Positions 29,651 through 44,329 are shown, counted from the first letter of the stretch. The stretch: 64,000 nucleotides of DNA from Azolla caroliniana (GCA_043228905.1 JBHGNT010000007.1:124001-188000); one strand, 5' to 3'. The notes: generated by a model from the sequence alone, not told the origin. Program-made: numbers and translations.

Positions 29651-30110
29651 AGAAATAGCCTCATAGAAAAACACCCCTTAGATTTTTAGAGAGTTCTAGT
29701 ACAATGGGCAGGTAAAATAGCCCAGTATTGCAAGAATCTATGAGAAGGGCGAGAAAGATGTGAGGGGAACCACTAGGGTCCTAAATCAAGGAAGATGGAT
29801 CGCATGGTGTTGCCATCATAGGTTTGCAAAAGTAAAGCAACTATGTTGACACATGGTTGTGCTCTTAGTGTTTTTCCCTTCTTTGTTCACATGATTGCAT
29901 GTGTAAATGTACATTCCATGTGTATGGGAAATAGGTTATGTGCGTGAAATGTATGTGCTCCTTAATGTCTAATGTCATTTGAAAATATATTTGTGTTTGT
30001 ATGTGTGTGTGCCCCTATGTGTAATGCATGTATTTTTTGTATATTTAAGTTCGCATTTGTGCTCAAATACGTTTATATGAGCACATGCATATAATAACAT
30101 AAGGGGGTTG

Positions 30111-30950
30111 TATTAAGAGTCTATTACTATTCGATAGACCAAAGTAAAGTAAAAACAATGTAAATAATATGGATAGAAGAACCCGTTTCACCAGACCAAC
30201 CCCGAGCTATGACCTAAACATAGCCAATCTACCACTGACGTCCTATACCGCCGGATATTAGGATGACGAATATCTTGGAAGACATTAACATGATCCTCGA
30301 GACAAAAGCCTAGCCCACACCACCAGTGTCTAAGACAGTAGCCTTTCGACGTAATGTCCTTATGAGGTTAGCTAAGTCTCATATTTATACCTCTTCCTAG
30401 GCCCTTTGAATAGATGTGCCTTTCTAAAAGACTCTCCATCCATTGGTTGTCAAGATCATGATAGTGTATGCACCTATCATTCCTTCCATCCAATCACATT
30501 AATCCGTTTCTAACATTAGCGAACTTACCTTTCCATTATATAAATATTAGTGACCTACCCTCACCAACGTTTTGTGTACATAACATACTCCCCTCCCCTA
30601 CTTCAAAATATTGCACTCTTGCAATATAAAGTGAGGAAATTGTGCCTGAAGAGTATGCTCGCATTCCCATGTGGCATCATTAATAGGTTTATCCATCCAT
30701 TTGATCTTGAATATCTGAATCTCTTTAGAATTTAAAAGTTTAATACGAGAATCAATAATTTGTTCAGGAACATGAGGTTTGTAAGAAAAATCCTCTAATG
30801 TTAGAAGATCCTTTACTGTGACAATGTTATCACCAGAGCCTAAAAATGGTTTTAGACGACTGACGTGAAAAATAGGATGAATACCAATGTTATTTATTTA
30901 CCTTGTTTTTACTTTACTTTGGTTTATTGATTAGTACAAGACTCTTAACA
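30111..30950. mobile_element. Non-autonomous TIR element (840 bp) with about 58-bp imperfect terminal inverted repeats and a 5-bp TSD
   Basis: The left end tattaagagtctattactattcgatagaccaaagtaaagtaaaaacaatgtaaata is the near reverse complement of the right end tatttaccttgtttttactttactttggtttattgattagtacaagactcttaaca. It is flanked by GGTTG at 30106-30110 and 30951-30955. Confidence 0.8.
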
Positions 30951-31712
30951 GGTTGTGTGTGGTTAGCCTAATACATGTGTGTGTACGCGTGCGCGCGCAC
31001 GTGTGTGTGTGTGTGTGTGTTCATATAGAGTTTCATAAGATTCTAGGTGATTATATCTGCTTGATGGTATGTAAATATGTAAGTGTTGAGCAAGGAAATG
31101 TGTATGCAAAGTATTCTCTATGTGCATGTATCTATGAATAGACATGTAAGTCGCAACTTACATACATAATTATTGGAGAGCAATATACAAGTGAGATTAA
31201 AGTTTTCTAAGTTAACACTTTGTGTGCTTTTCCATCCTTGCATGCATCACTTGACCTTGAATTAAAGCTTGTGATGAGGTTTAACTTGTGTTGCGTTGAA
31301 GCCACAACTTCTATATGGGAAATTGTCTTTCCTTATCCCTTTGATGCATGAAGAAATAGATGATTTTAGAAAATGCCATGCCACATAGAATCAACATATT
31401 ACATGAATCTAGAAACTAGCAAACCAATGGCAATATACTATATGATATGAGGGTTGCTCTTATATACACACGACCCCCGAAGCCTACATTAAACGTTTAG
31501 GGAATGAGGTGTTTAGAAGTGAGGGGGTTGATTATATTTTGATAGAGGATAGATAGACCGAGGGTGTTCATTATATTTTAAAGAAGGTTGATAAAGCGTA
31601 GATAGAGAAAGAGAAGAATCTAAGTAGACAAGGATCTTAGCATCAAATAGATGTATATACTTCATATTATTTGTCAAATACAATATCACTATGATATGAT
31701 ATATCATTCACG

Positions 31713-32226
31713 TAGGAATTGGCAATGGCTTCGCTCAAGCTTGAACCAAGCCATTAAACTGTTATTAAAAGGTTTGCCGTTTTGGCTCTGCTCGATTTGG
31801 GCTTGAGCTTCCTTAACCGGTTTGCATCCAATTAAATTGACTTGAGCCTTGCCAAACCAACTCAAAGTGGGTTAAGCTGATTATCCCATAATTTTTACTA
31901 TCCCCCCCCCCCCCCCCCCAAAAAAAAAAAAAAAAAAAAAACTAAATAATAATAATAATCAATAAAAACTCAAAGTCGAGAAGTGAGGAGTGATCGCTCC
32001 TCTATCGAGCCCGAGCACTCCTTCTATCGAGCACCTCCTTTTTTTTTTAGCGCCAAAACCTCTTCCTTTCTTTTTTCGATTGACGCCTAAGTTGCAGCCT
32101 ACGAGTACCACAAACCAGTCTAAGAACTAGTTTGGCTTGACTTAGTTTAGGTTTGAAACCACCTAAACTAGTCTGGCTTGTCCAAGCCAAACTAGTTAAG
32201 CCTAAATTGAACCGTTGTTGATTCCA
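31713..32226. mobile_element. Degenerate hAT-like MITE
   Basis: Imperfect TIRs taggaattggcaatgg / ccgttgttgattcca. Subterminal aagc/gctt repeats and a central C-run/A-run. The 8-bp flanks cattcacg and ctttcaca differ at 2 positions. Confidence 0.45.
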
Positions 32227-33617
32227 CTTTCACATGATGATCTTCACCTATTCAAGTGATGTTATTATATATTATTGTCTATTCAATATTTGAGTGACAC
32301 ATGGTGTGTCACTAATAAAGCTTTTTAAGTACGCATGGAATTCATGTGAAATTTAATATAAATGACAATGTACCTTAGTGGTATGATCAAGACCTTGATA
32401 TGAGAGGTCCAGGAAAGACTTCCAGAAAATATATTTTACTTTTACTTTCAAATATGTGCTTATGTTTTATTCAATTGAGGGTAGTAATTATAACCTTATT
32501 ATCTAGCCTCAAATGGTGAGTGGTGTTGGACGTAGGTGAGTGTAAGTGCAGTTGTATAGTTTTAATGCATGTATTGCTTCACCTAGTTGGCATTCCTTCA
32601 GCTTTGATATCGATTGGGCCTTTGTAATCCTAAGGTTCCATTCCACTAACGTCCACACACTTGCACACCCACATACAAAATCATTTCTAGAATATAGCAC
32701 TTCTACTCCATCTAAATTCTAAATTTTGGATTCAAGTTTCAAAGAATGTGCTTGGTATAAATGGCAAAGGTAGCATCTTCGAAGGTCTATGACAGAGTTT
32801 TGGGCTTGCAAGTTGATCACCTCACCAAAGACAACCACCACCACTCCTTAGGTACGTAATTACCAAATACAATTATGTCACAACTCAACAATTATAGCTA
32901 TTGACTACCATTGTTTCTTTTGTTGATAATGCAACAATACAATTAACATATGATGGTTAAATACATTCGTACAACCTAGTATATTAAAATCAAAGAGTGA
33001 AACCTCATGAGACTTACTTATCTTAATTGCAAACTATAATTGTTATCAGTTCACATTGTTATATGACCTAGAAATTATTCTCTTTGAGACGATTAACACA
33101 TCCAAAAAAATCCAATGTGCCTTTGTTATGTTTTAAAAGTAAAAGATACGCCAAGTACAAATTATGCTACATCATACTTGTGTTTAAACAAAGATATGGG
33201 AAGGATTTTAGATTACACTTTTATGAAAATACGCCCCTCTATTTGATGATTCATGCAATATTGTTGCAATAATCAAGAGAGAAATCCGTGGGCGTTTCAA
33301 GGAGAGCATCACACACTAACATGGGAGACTAAATAGCAAAAACCCCTTATAAAATCAAATTACATAGCAATGAGATGAAAGTGTATACTTTAAAAAACTA
33401 ACATCTAAACTTGCTTTTATTCAACAAATCAGTTAAAATTCTGTGACAAGCCTCCCACGAAAAGCCCATCTATATATTTTCCAATTGATCATATACATAC
33501 TCATTGCTTTGCTTAGATGATCAAAATTTCAACTAATCTGATTCGGTGTATTGTTATCATCGGAATGTCTGGTTATACAATCCTACACAAATGGATACTG
33601 AATATGGACCTCAGGCA

Positions 33618-36343
33618 TTACAATATCCTTTTACGTGGCCTCACAGCTTCTCTCTTCAAAACCAGCTTTTCCAAGTCATTCAATTTCCTATGTTTTCCAT
33701 CTGATGTTGCAACAAACCGAAAGCCCCCACGTTTTCCTCGCTTTCCTTCTGGACCCAGCTTTTCAATCAAGTAAGTCCATCCACCCGGGGGCCTTCGCCG
33801 ATCATGCTTATTTTGTTTCATAAGACCAGCCATCTACAAATGAAACCGGTAAGAAATCAAATTGATGTGAACATGATTTGAAATCTCAAAATTGACAATG
33901 AGTTAGAATAACACTTTCTAATACACATACATGATCCAAAATTGAAAATCATGCTTATATATACCTGAAGCTTGTTGAACTCAAGTCTCCTCATAAACTC
34001 CTCAAGCATCATTGCTTCTTCCTTGGCAGATGCTTCCTCAATAGCTTCCTCTTCGCTTCGGACAGATCCTTCCCAATCAGCCGGCATGATTTTGTAGTTG
34101 GGCCTTGTATTCCAAGTAGTGACCCATTTGTCTTCTCCCATATGAGGAGGAAGGCAAGGCTTGCCCCATTCATCACTATGTAGGCACATATGAAATTAGG
34201 TTAGACAAATATCCCAAAAAAGGTAATAGCTTTTGAGGAAGCGAAAAGCTTTTTGTTCAAATTCATCGTTGCAAATGGGACATAAGAACCAAATTTTCAA
34301 AGATAATGTCATCCATGGTTTGGACAGAAGTAAATAATCATTAGCCTAACCCCATCAGCAAGCATATTGGAATATAATAACTTTGTCATATTTCAAAATT
34401 GTCAACTCAATCAATACTTTAACTATGTCTACAAATCTTTATGCATGATGGAAGAATGGAAGACAACAATTTCAGAAATCTGATCTGGGAGGGAGAAATC
34501 AGGGAAAATGCCAATAATTGTAAGGTATAATGGAGATCCACTCTTAAAACTAAATTTCAGAAAAAGAAAAAGAAATTAAAGCAAAATTTCAAAAAAAGTG
34601 ATTTCAAAATCCTGAACTCCAAATATTTTTGTTCAGAATCAAACATCAACATGAGATATATCCAGTGATAGATAGACGAATTCTGTCACACACAGCAATA
34701 GTCTCCTATAAATTGGCATAAGGAAACAGGGTTGAAATGGACAAAGGTAAACATCAGCTTAGCACAAACTACCAAAATAATATATACACCACATTACATG
34801 CAGAAAATCATTTTGTGTATCTTACTCTTATCTGGATATATCATATACATTAAACCTGGTTTTTGGCCATCGTGTCTGTTCGTAAAATGCTAAATAGACA
34901 TACACCTGATGTTATTATTATTTACACATGTGAAATGCATAGGATTTTCACCCAATCGGACAGATTGAATATTCCTGAATGGATGGAACAAAACAGAACG
35001 ATGGAGAGTGTGTGTGTGTGTGTGTGTGAAACATCGCTTTCTACACATCATTTCATCCAAGCACCTTACTTACTTGATGTTTCATGAAGTGAAAACTTCA
35101 AATATTTAAGTGGAATGAGATTTGTGCAAAAGTAAGCAAAGAAAGGAACTTACAAGCACAAATTTTCCATATATATCTTGGTCTCCTCCTCAGCCGTTTG
35201 TGTCTCTCCTTCATGCTTACGAATATCCCATAGAAACAAGATGGCATGTACACGAGCCTTGCAAACATTGTACTCTTCGGCCAATTTTTCCACTGTCCAT
35301 TCCTCTGGATTCTCGTTATGTTTCTGCCACATTTCCTCTTTCTCTTTGGGCGTAACCATTCTCGGCATCAAATAATGTGCCCTCCATTTCTTCATAATAA
35401 GCTTCTGCACTTTTCTAACCTCTTCCACATCCTCTACTTTGTCACCCAAGGCAAGAATACGTGCATCATACTCTTTTCGGAGTTGCTTTGCATGATCTCG
35501 ATGCCGAAGATGGTTCTCAAACTCCTCATTATCCATCTCATTCATAATCTCCCACTCTTCCTCATCTACTTCATCGTCTGTATTATCTCCTTCTTCCACC
35601 GCAGCTTCTAAACCCATGGGTCTACCTCTACCTCTACCACCCCTTGCATTTCCTCTGGCTTGCTCATCATCACTATCCTTGTCAAGATAGCTAAGATCCT
35701 CTTCATTTTCCTCATCAGCAAATCGCCCTGGGATGATAGCCTTGTCCTTATACTGCAAGCGTTTAAGGTCCATTTTATTCAACTTGACAACGTCATCATA
35801 TCTAGGGTCGATAAAACCTGCATAGATACTCTTAGCCTCCTCTTCTTCCTCTACGTCCTCCTCCCCTGCTTCCCCTTTCTTCTCTTCTAGCTCAGCACGA
35901 GCTCGTTTCTGATCGAGTTCTTGCTTCAATTTGAGATCTTCTTCTGTGATGGGGGCACCTAGGTGTGCATCGTCCTCATCAAGAGGACGGGCTCGAGACG
36001 GAGAAAATCGACCTCCTTTGCCACTAAATCCTCCTCCTCTGCTGCCACCACCACCATAGCCATATCGAGAGGTTTGTTGTCTCCCATATCCTGATGTGGT
36101 CGAGCTCTGCTGCTGCTGTTGATTTCTTCTGCTCTGTTGCTGTGAGAGTTCCTGTGGCGATGGAGCTTGAGAGAGATACTGTGTGAAGAAATCGGCATCA
36201 TCGTCGTTTCCTCCTCCTCCTCCTCCTCCTCCTCCCTCAGTTGAGAGGGACCTGTAGAGAAAAGTAGGTGTGGTGGTCGACGGAGAAGCAGAGGTACCTG
36301 AGAGAAGACGAGCGAGTCTTGGGATGAGCTTCAGCTTCAACAT
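33618..36343 (-). CDS. GCD1: GAMETE CELL DEFECTIVE 1 / mitochondrial ribosomal protein mS45-like (3 exons)
   Basis: Exons 36343-35154, 34175-33965 and 33833-33618. Mitochondrial-presequence-like N-terminus (MLKLKLIPRLARLL...YRSLST). Conserved blocks KEEMWQKHNENPEEWTVEKLAEEY...RVHAILFL and RRRPPGGWTYLIEKLGPEGKRG...LNDLEK. Confidence 0.85.
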
Positions 36344-37551
36344 CGCGCTCTCGCTCTTTGCTCTCCTTCTGTGTATCTCTGTCTGTGTGTCTGTCTATCT
36401 GTCTGTCTGTCTGTCTGTCTTGTTCATACATACTTGTAACTTGTAAAAAACTGTGGACCTCTAGCATGTGAACACATACATACTTCTTACTTAGATGGAG
36501 GGATTTCAATGAGATTTCTGACACCTCTTGTTTGGATGGATCATGAATAGATGAGTCATGCCCGACTCTTGAACAATAATCTATCATAAGTCGGTCGTGC
36601 ATGTACAACCACCATGCAACATGGCATGATTCATGAGATGCCAAAGATAGCCTTTTGTAGTGGTGGCGGTACAATGCTAACTTCAAAGCTCAAAGATGTC
36701 ACGATGGAAAACCCACTTGTCACTACTAACTTCAAGGCTCACAATGTGTCACAATGGAATACCCACTCGTCACAACTTTTCAAATTAACTTAATAAACAA
36801 AAGTATTTATCAATGCTTGTTTTATTGAGACCTACGAAAATTTTAAAGCAGGGGGCTTTGTAGTTCAAGTCTATTGATTCAAGCCTTAGACATGCTAAGT
36901 TTTGATGAATTTAGGTAAATACAACTCAACATCAAGAGAGTAAAAGTGGTACACAATCACAATGCATGTGTCAACCCATTGACATGCATGACAGTAGAGA
37001 ACACATGAAATCATCCATAAAATTCCAAGATACAATATTGTAAGAAATTCAGTATAAATTTGTGGAAAACAACATGTATAGATTTACTAATGACCACCCT
37101 TGCATGTTTTCTAAGATTACCAAAACATGCCTCGACTTTAAACTTCACCCCTAGTGCCCCTTGAATTGAATTAGCTAGCTCAATTGTGACGAAATGGGGT
37201 TTGAATTAGGAATCATAAAGACACTCACCGGGTAAATGTGTGATTAAGCGACCTCTAACCGAGACAATATTCTGCTTATGGTAATTAACATCTAGCTAAT
37301 TAATTAATCTACCAACTAACAAATTATAATGAACTAGAAGAATAGGTATTTTATGTGTGTGTGTATGTCCAATATATTGCGAGTCTCCTTGGACAATCTC
37401 GAGTTCCTGCGCAAATCTCTAGTGAGCTCTCTCTGCCGTCGTTGAAGCAGGTGAGGGTTTTCTATTCGTGCCTCATGACGATACCATAACGTATGAGAGT
37501 GTGTTTAAACTGAAGTTCTCGCCTTCTGTTTCTGCCCTGTAAGTTTTAGTT

Positions 37552-37672
37552 ATGGAGAGAAGGGGCGGAGGAGGACGCAAGTGGGCTATCGATCTTTCAG
37601 ATTCCTCTTCTTCTAAAGACGTTGCTGATCCTCCTGGATTCTCCAAAGCTTCCCTGGATGCGGTAAGTGTAT

Positions 37673-37733
<61 letters not shown>

Positions 37734-40282
37734 ATGGCAGGGATCAATCCTGGGATCTCACAATTTTATGAATTTGATGATACATCGTAACCTCCCCCTC
37801 TCACCCCACACAAAAAACAAAGAATGTTGTATTTATATATCTTTGTTCTTTGTTTAGGAAGAATCTTCAGGTGGTCGTCAGAGGAAGGAGGTGGATATGT
37901 CATGGAAGCAACAAGTAAGTACAGGTCTCAATAGAGGATATTATCTGATGGGGTTTTTTGTTCACATAGAATCTAAACTATACTATTTTATTTTCGCAGA
38001 AAGCATGGGAAGTTGCGCAAGCACCATTTAAAAATTTGTTTATGATGGGTTTTATGATGTGGATGGCTGGAAGCACCGTGCATTTATTTAGCATTGGAAT
38101 CACAGTCTCAGCGCTCTGGCAACCTATAAGTGCCTTAAAAAGTGTTGGCAAAGGTAAGTCTTGGCATTACCTACTTTAACTCTAGCATCATTGAAACATT
38201 GATACTCGTAAAAACTGTGATTACTGACTAGGTAATGTTTATCATTAATAACACAATATTTCTGAAGCATCATAAAAAATTAATTTGGTAAATGTGGGAT
38301 AGTTATTAGTACCCTCTTCGTAAGTATTATATATTCTTTCTTCTGTTTTTCTAATTACACAAAGAATAGTAACTTCTAAAGAGTCCAATGTCGAAGAATC
38401 CATCTTATCGTATTGAAATGTAGAAGCTTTCTTAATCTTGTGCATTCTCGAGTCTCTGTTGGAGTTCTATTTGTCATCGAGTTACCTTGTGAGATTTTTT
38501 GATCTGTTGGAAGAGGGTTAACAGACACTGCATTAGCTTGCCTTCTGGTCAAATTTGTAGGTGCCATAATCCATCTTGAACACTACATTTGGTACTAGTT
38601 GAATATAGAATAGGATCGTTTATTTCTAGAAAATTTTACAACGAGAACAAAATTGTGACCTAGTCAAGTATTATTGTGGCCTATGGCTTCTTTTAAGAAA
38701 CATTTTAAGTTTTGTTACTGTTATTGTTTGTTGGTCATTTATTATTGTTATCTCAATCATCTTTCAAAACGGCAACAGTATTGGCTGAACAATTTATTAT
38801 TTCAATGCTTCAAAATGACACCATAACACCATCTTCAAATGCCTTCAAGAATCTGGCTTCTTTATTACATTTCCCACTGTGGATTCATTGTTTACCGTAT
38901 CTAATAATTTATAGATCAAAAATTTGTTTCGGGAAATGCTGGCAATTTGCTTGAGCTTTGTACATATGGAAATGTAAAACGAAGTTGTGATTATATTAGA
39001 GACAACTCATTTAGGTTTTTGAAAAACTTTAAGTACTTCTGAATTTGATTCTCCCCGTCCGTTTTTGAACAACTTTAAGGCACTAACATGTTTTCTCGGA
39101 TGTAGAAGATGATTATATCGTTAATCATCTCTACTAATTATGGGGATGCGATACCTAGCCATGAAACCACACCCGTTTAATGTGTTATTACATGTGTCAA
39201 GTGCGAGACAATGATAGGTGCTTGCCGACAATGAACACATTAGAATGAATGATGTGCCCTAATGTTAGGTGCTTGTGTTCTGACATGTACTACACAGTAC
39301 ATATTCAGAACACCTCAGAACAAATAAAGGTAGCGTGCAATGATACTGAGAGAAACCATTAAATAAACTCGAAATGTCACTTAGATGCAAAACTAGAAAC
39401 TTCTGTGCTGTGAAGGAGATTGTTGTATGATTATCCTAGTTTGTAGACTTAAAGTATCAGTTTTCTTATCGTGTACTGCAACCCCTGTGCACTTCTTATA
39501 TTCTCAGCACTGGATTAGAGAAATAATACCGGAGGTATGCAAAAATAAATCTTGGGTTTCGTTTAATCAAGAATCAACTTTTGAAATAGGAGCTAACCCT
39601 TCCATGTCATATAGGCTACATTCAGATTGCTGGTCTGTTAGTTGAAATTTCAAAAATTATCAAAACTATCCAAATCAGGAATTGTAATGAAATAAATACT
39701 TTGTATGTCTCTTACACTTGAAGGCTTTTTGGACTGAATGCAATCATTATTATCTCCCCAGAATTATGAGATTCTGCTGGTATAGTACTGGGTAAGAATG
39801 AACATGTTTAATTTTAATATGCATCTCACTATGTATAATGTGTGTGTAAAGCTATGCAACTTTTGTAGCAGTTTCGATGGGAAATCCTAACTATCAAATT
39901 TACAGTTTTTGAGCCATTTCAGGATTCCCATACAAACACGTTAGCACCCAAACTTATATTCATATGCTTGAATGTGGCTGGTATGCTTTTGGGTCTTTGG
40001 AAGGTATGTTATATATTTGTGTCTGTTGTTTCACAGTATAGAACCTATGGGTGTCCTTATGCCATTTCTTCTTCGCAGCTTAATAGTCTCGGTCTCCTTC
40101 CAACGCATGCTTCTGATTGGGTTTCTTCTTTACCTCCACCACCTGTGAGTCTCGTCCCTTCTCTCTGTAATACTTTCAGAATGTTTTGTTGTACATCTTA
40201 TATGCATCAAATCTATTCATTACTGCTTTTGCCTCATGACCAGATGGTTGAGTTTTCTGGAGGTGGAATTTCGTTTATTTGA
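37552..40282 (+). CDS. EMC4: ER membrane protein complex subunit 4 (6 coding exons)
   Basis: Exons 37552-37662, 37858-37914, 38000-38153, 39906-40003, 40079-40144 and 40244-40282. Motifs DPPGF, KAWEVAQAPFKNLFMMGFMMWMAGSTVHLFSIGIT and KLNSLGLLPTHASDWVS. There is probably a 5'UTR intron at about 37451-37549. Confidence 0.95.
37676..37731. repeat. (AG)n microsatellite in an EMC4 intron
   Basis: Perfect AG run. Confidence 0.97.
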
Positions 40283-40443
40283 TCAGGCCAACATGTATAA
40301 TGCCTGGATATTTTCGTTTTAGCTTCAAGGGAGGGTTAGATATGGGATGGTGAAATATTTTTCAAATTATTTTCTGTTATAAGTTATTAGAACTGTCACC
40401 AGCTTTAAGAGGATTGTGTCACATTTAATCTGATTGTATGGGG

Positions 40444-40750
40444 AAAACGTTTATTAATCAGAAGCTATTTGTAATTTTGATTTGGTTTAACTTCATATTG
40501 AAGGTTCATTTTCTGATAAAGAGTTTCTAATATCGGCAACGTCTGATCTCATGAGCAAATTGGTGGTCTATTTCATGCTAGGAGCAAAATTCTTAATCTG
40601 GTTGTCTTGTGTAAACATTTATTAATCAGAAGCAATATGTAATTTTGATTTTGTGTACCTTTTTCATTTTGAAGCCTCGTTTTCTGCATAAAGAATTTTT
40701 AATTTCTGCAATATCTATTTTGATGCGCGAATTGATCATCTATTTCGTGC
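40444..40750. repeat. Diverged tandem duplication (about 168-bp period) in the EMC4 3' region
   Basis: aaac(g/a)tttattaatcagaagc(t/a)at(t/a)tgtaattttgattt...tctatttc(a/g)tgc occurs twice. Confidence 0.7.
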
Positions 40751-41109
40751 AGCCAAGTGTAAAATTCAATCATAACTAGCTACAGCCTTAGCAAATGGCT
40801 GTAGCACCAAGTCAGGGTGAAAGGAAATTGAACAAGGTGACTAAAGAAGGAAATATTTGCATTTGCGTTTTATGCTCATATGTTTTTGTTTCCTATATTG
40901 GTTTTTCTTTGAAGCGTTGGTGTTAATTCAGCTTGTACATTAGAGTAGAGACTTATGTTCCATGTATGCTTGAGATTCTCTCATTGTATATTGTGGATGT
41001 GTTATCTTGTTCAATTGCTGGTTTTTAGAGCCTTTTGGTAACTCTCCCCCTTGACCCCAAATATTAATATTCTCATATTGTTTCTATATTCTAGATCTTA
41101 GTTTTTGAG

Positions 41110-41290
41110 GATCACGTTATAGGCTTGTATAGTAATGCTAGAGAAGTCGACAGATAGATCTTTTTGATGATGAACATTAAATAGACCTTGTCCTATGTGA
41201 TGATCAGGTTATAGGCTTGTATAATAATACTAGAGAAGTCGATAGATAGATCCTTTTGATGATGTATATTAAATAGACCTTGTCCTATGT
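41110..41290. repeat. About 92-bp tandem duplication
   Basis: gatca(c/g)gttataggcttgtata...ctagagaagtcga...taaatagaccttgtcctatgt occurs twice. Confidence 0.85.
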
Positions 41291-44200
41291 ATTTCACAAG
41301 GGTTGGCAATAATTGGACAGTTGATGAAAGTTGTGAATGCTATCATTTTGAGAGAATATTTACAATAGTCACGTAAACATAGAATCAGTTTTGGAAATGT
41401 TGTGAATAAAATGTGAACATATTTCTGGTTAACCTCTTTGCAGCCATTTTGTTTTAGACTTGTGCTTGACGGTTTTATGTATTGATGACAAATTTTCATG
41501 GATATGAGACACTCCTCAAGCCTTTCTAGTGGCATTAGAGTAAGCAGCAAGGACGTAGTGTAATAGGAGTAGAGAATAACACTCGGAAACTAGAAAAAGA
41601 AAGATCTTGTGCTCAAATATCTGTGAAAAAGCTTTAGGACAACTCATCTCTATTAACAAGAGATAATAAAAGGTCACTTGATTGACTATCACAAGGTCAT
41701 CTTCACATTTTATACTCCCAGTTGTTGAATTGTTGACAAGGTGAGAAGAACATATTGACAATATATAATAAGAGAATCTCAAGCATACAAGGAACATAAG
41801 CACACAATATACTTTGTCAAGAAGACCGAGGAGAAATGTGACGTGCTCCATTAAACGAAATTGACATGTTATTAACCATTTATAGATATGCTTTAGTTCG
41901 TGTCTATTGTTGAACATGAAAGAATTGGCCATATCCTAAATACGATGCAATCCTTAGTTCTCAAAAAGACAATGACCCCAACTCTCATCCCCTCATTGAT
42001 CAAAAATCTAATTTCAAATGAAATAGAGTGAAATGTTAGAAATATAGAAAGGCCTCAAGATTCTGAGTGCATGTGCTTGTATTGGGAAAGTTATACTTCT
42101 ACGAATATCATTTAGTGAGGAGTCTGAATCTTCATATACCCTATTGATTGGCGATTTGGGTGAGAGTGGTTGTCTCAAGCTATTAACCTTACTTACTTAG
42201 ACTAAACGAACTCTCACTCACCCCACTCGAGACTTATCCTCACCAATGAGTTCACTCATGCCATTTAAAGTCTCAAATGGTAGATAATGTAGACATTCAA
42301 ACATAAACTAACCACACTACAATTAGCGACCATCGTCAACACACATACACGAGAAAGGAAAATTAGGGTTTGGCTCAAAGAGCACTTTACACTAATCCCT
42401 CCTTATTAAGAAAGAGAGAGGTCTAGTTTAAGTCTTAGGAAAATAGTCCATTTGTGTTCGAGAAGAAGAACTAAAAAGGCACAATAATGACTTTTATGTT
42501 TAAAAAGAAAATAGATTGTTGCCTTTAGCATTGGGGTGGCCATTCAGCTTAAAACTCTAGAAGTAACTCTATGATGCTCCCTTTCTCTTGGTCTTGCACT
42601 TGGTTTGCTGTAGCGATATCAATATTTTCACAAGTCTTTGAGGACATGATGTGGTGGGATCAAGAGAGGGGGGGACAAACTAGCATTTTGGTAGCCAAGT
42701 GGATTCCAAGATGACATGGATGGATCAATGTGCAACTGGTGGTTAAGAGGGAGGATGCATGTAGGGGCTGTTGAGTGGTACAAAAGTATGGCATTTACCA
42801 TACTCGAAACATACACTAATGCGAATGCGTGTATGGTATGTATGGTTCATACTATAGTCTATGCATGTGAATAGTATGTATGTTCTGTGGTTTTTATCTT
42901 GCATCACTAAAAACAAACTCTACAACACATCTTCACTAAAAAAAATAGGATTTACATGGTGGAAAAGTTAACTCGTAATGCATAATCTACAAGATGTACA
43001 TGACTAGGCCATTTTGTTGGTTAAAGGCGGTGCAAGCACACCAAAATGGGGACCATAAATCATTCAAGTCTGTCATTGCCTTTCCTTTCGGCATATCTAT
43101 CTAGGTTCTTCACACGTGCATGTGCACGCAGACGCAGACGCAGACGCAGACACAGACACAGAGACAGACACACAAAACAAAACAAAAAAAAAAACATGGC
43201 ATGGAAGAAGAAGACGTTGATCGTTGAAGGAAGCATGTTTTAATATAATAAAAAAGGGTGTCTTTGTTAAACAGGATTTGTTTTGCTTGGATATGGATAT
43301 GGATCCATTCAAAAGTTGGTGTATCAGAGTCAATTATTGGGAAAATACACACACACACACACACACATGAATGCGTGGAATTGATTAGTCAGCACGTCTC
43401 TTTCTATGTATGTATGTATAATGTATGTATGTATGTATGTATTCTTAATCCACCAATGCAATCCATATATATGTATATGTATGTATGCTCTTTTGTTGGG
43501 CTCGAACACGACGCACGTGCGTGCACACGGACAAAGACAAAGACAAGAACAGACAGACAGACGGACAGAGTTTATTCTGTCCGCCAGATCCGCATCTTTT
43601 AGGGTCTAAAGAAAGAGAGAGAGAGAGAGAGAGAGAAGGAGAGAAAGACACAACCCACCAGGAAGGAAGGAAGGAAGGAAGGGAAGGGAAGGAAAAAAGG
43701 GCCCCAGGCCCGCCCGGCCGCCCGGCCTGGCCCTGGAAGAACAAGAATAGGAATATTTATTAAAAGATATTAGGAGAGACAAAAATCGAGAATTTCTCGC
43801 TGTCCTTCCCTCTCTCTGGTCCCCCTCCCTCATTCAATCCTTCTTCTCGCTTCTATCGTCTCTGCATTCATCCCAGATTTCCATCTCATCTGACCAAATA
43901 ATCTAGTTGGTATTCTGTTTTGTTTTTCTTCTCCTTCTGTGATTTCCATCTAGACTCATTGGTACGTAGAAAAATGGAGCAATTAAGAGTACATTCCCTA
44001 ATAACTATCTTTCATGTCAACAGAGCGAGTCTTGTATAGTAGATTTGGGGGAGACGTTCTGTTTTTGCTGGATTGGGATCTGTCTTTCTACCTCAAATTC
44101 CTGGGAGAAAATGGAGGATGATTTTGCTTCTCCAGGTTGGAGATCTCTCTCTCTGATGCTATCTGTTAGCTTAGAGAAAAAGCTGCACTTGTTGATGTTG

Positions 44201-44329
44201 TGGAGGAAAAAAAGGGTGTTTTCTTTTGTACACATCCCCCCCCCCCCCCACCATTTCCGCTTTTGCACATGTGAGAATTTGGATCGATGAAGGAGAGAAT
44301 TGATTCATGCGGAACCATCATTCTTGAAC

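Noticed and set aside
41290-41960. Possible transposase remnant
   Set aside because: No recognisable catalytic or family motif in any frame.
43046-43833. ORFs with RRRRHRH, VCVC or ERER runs upstream of the ArfGAP gene
   Set aside because: Translations of microsatellites in the promoter and 5' region.
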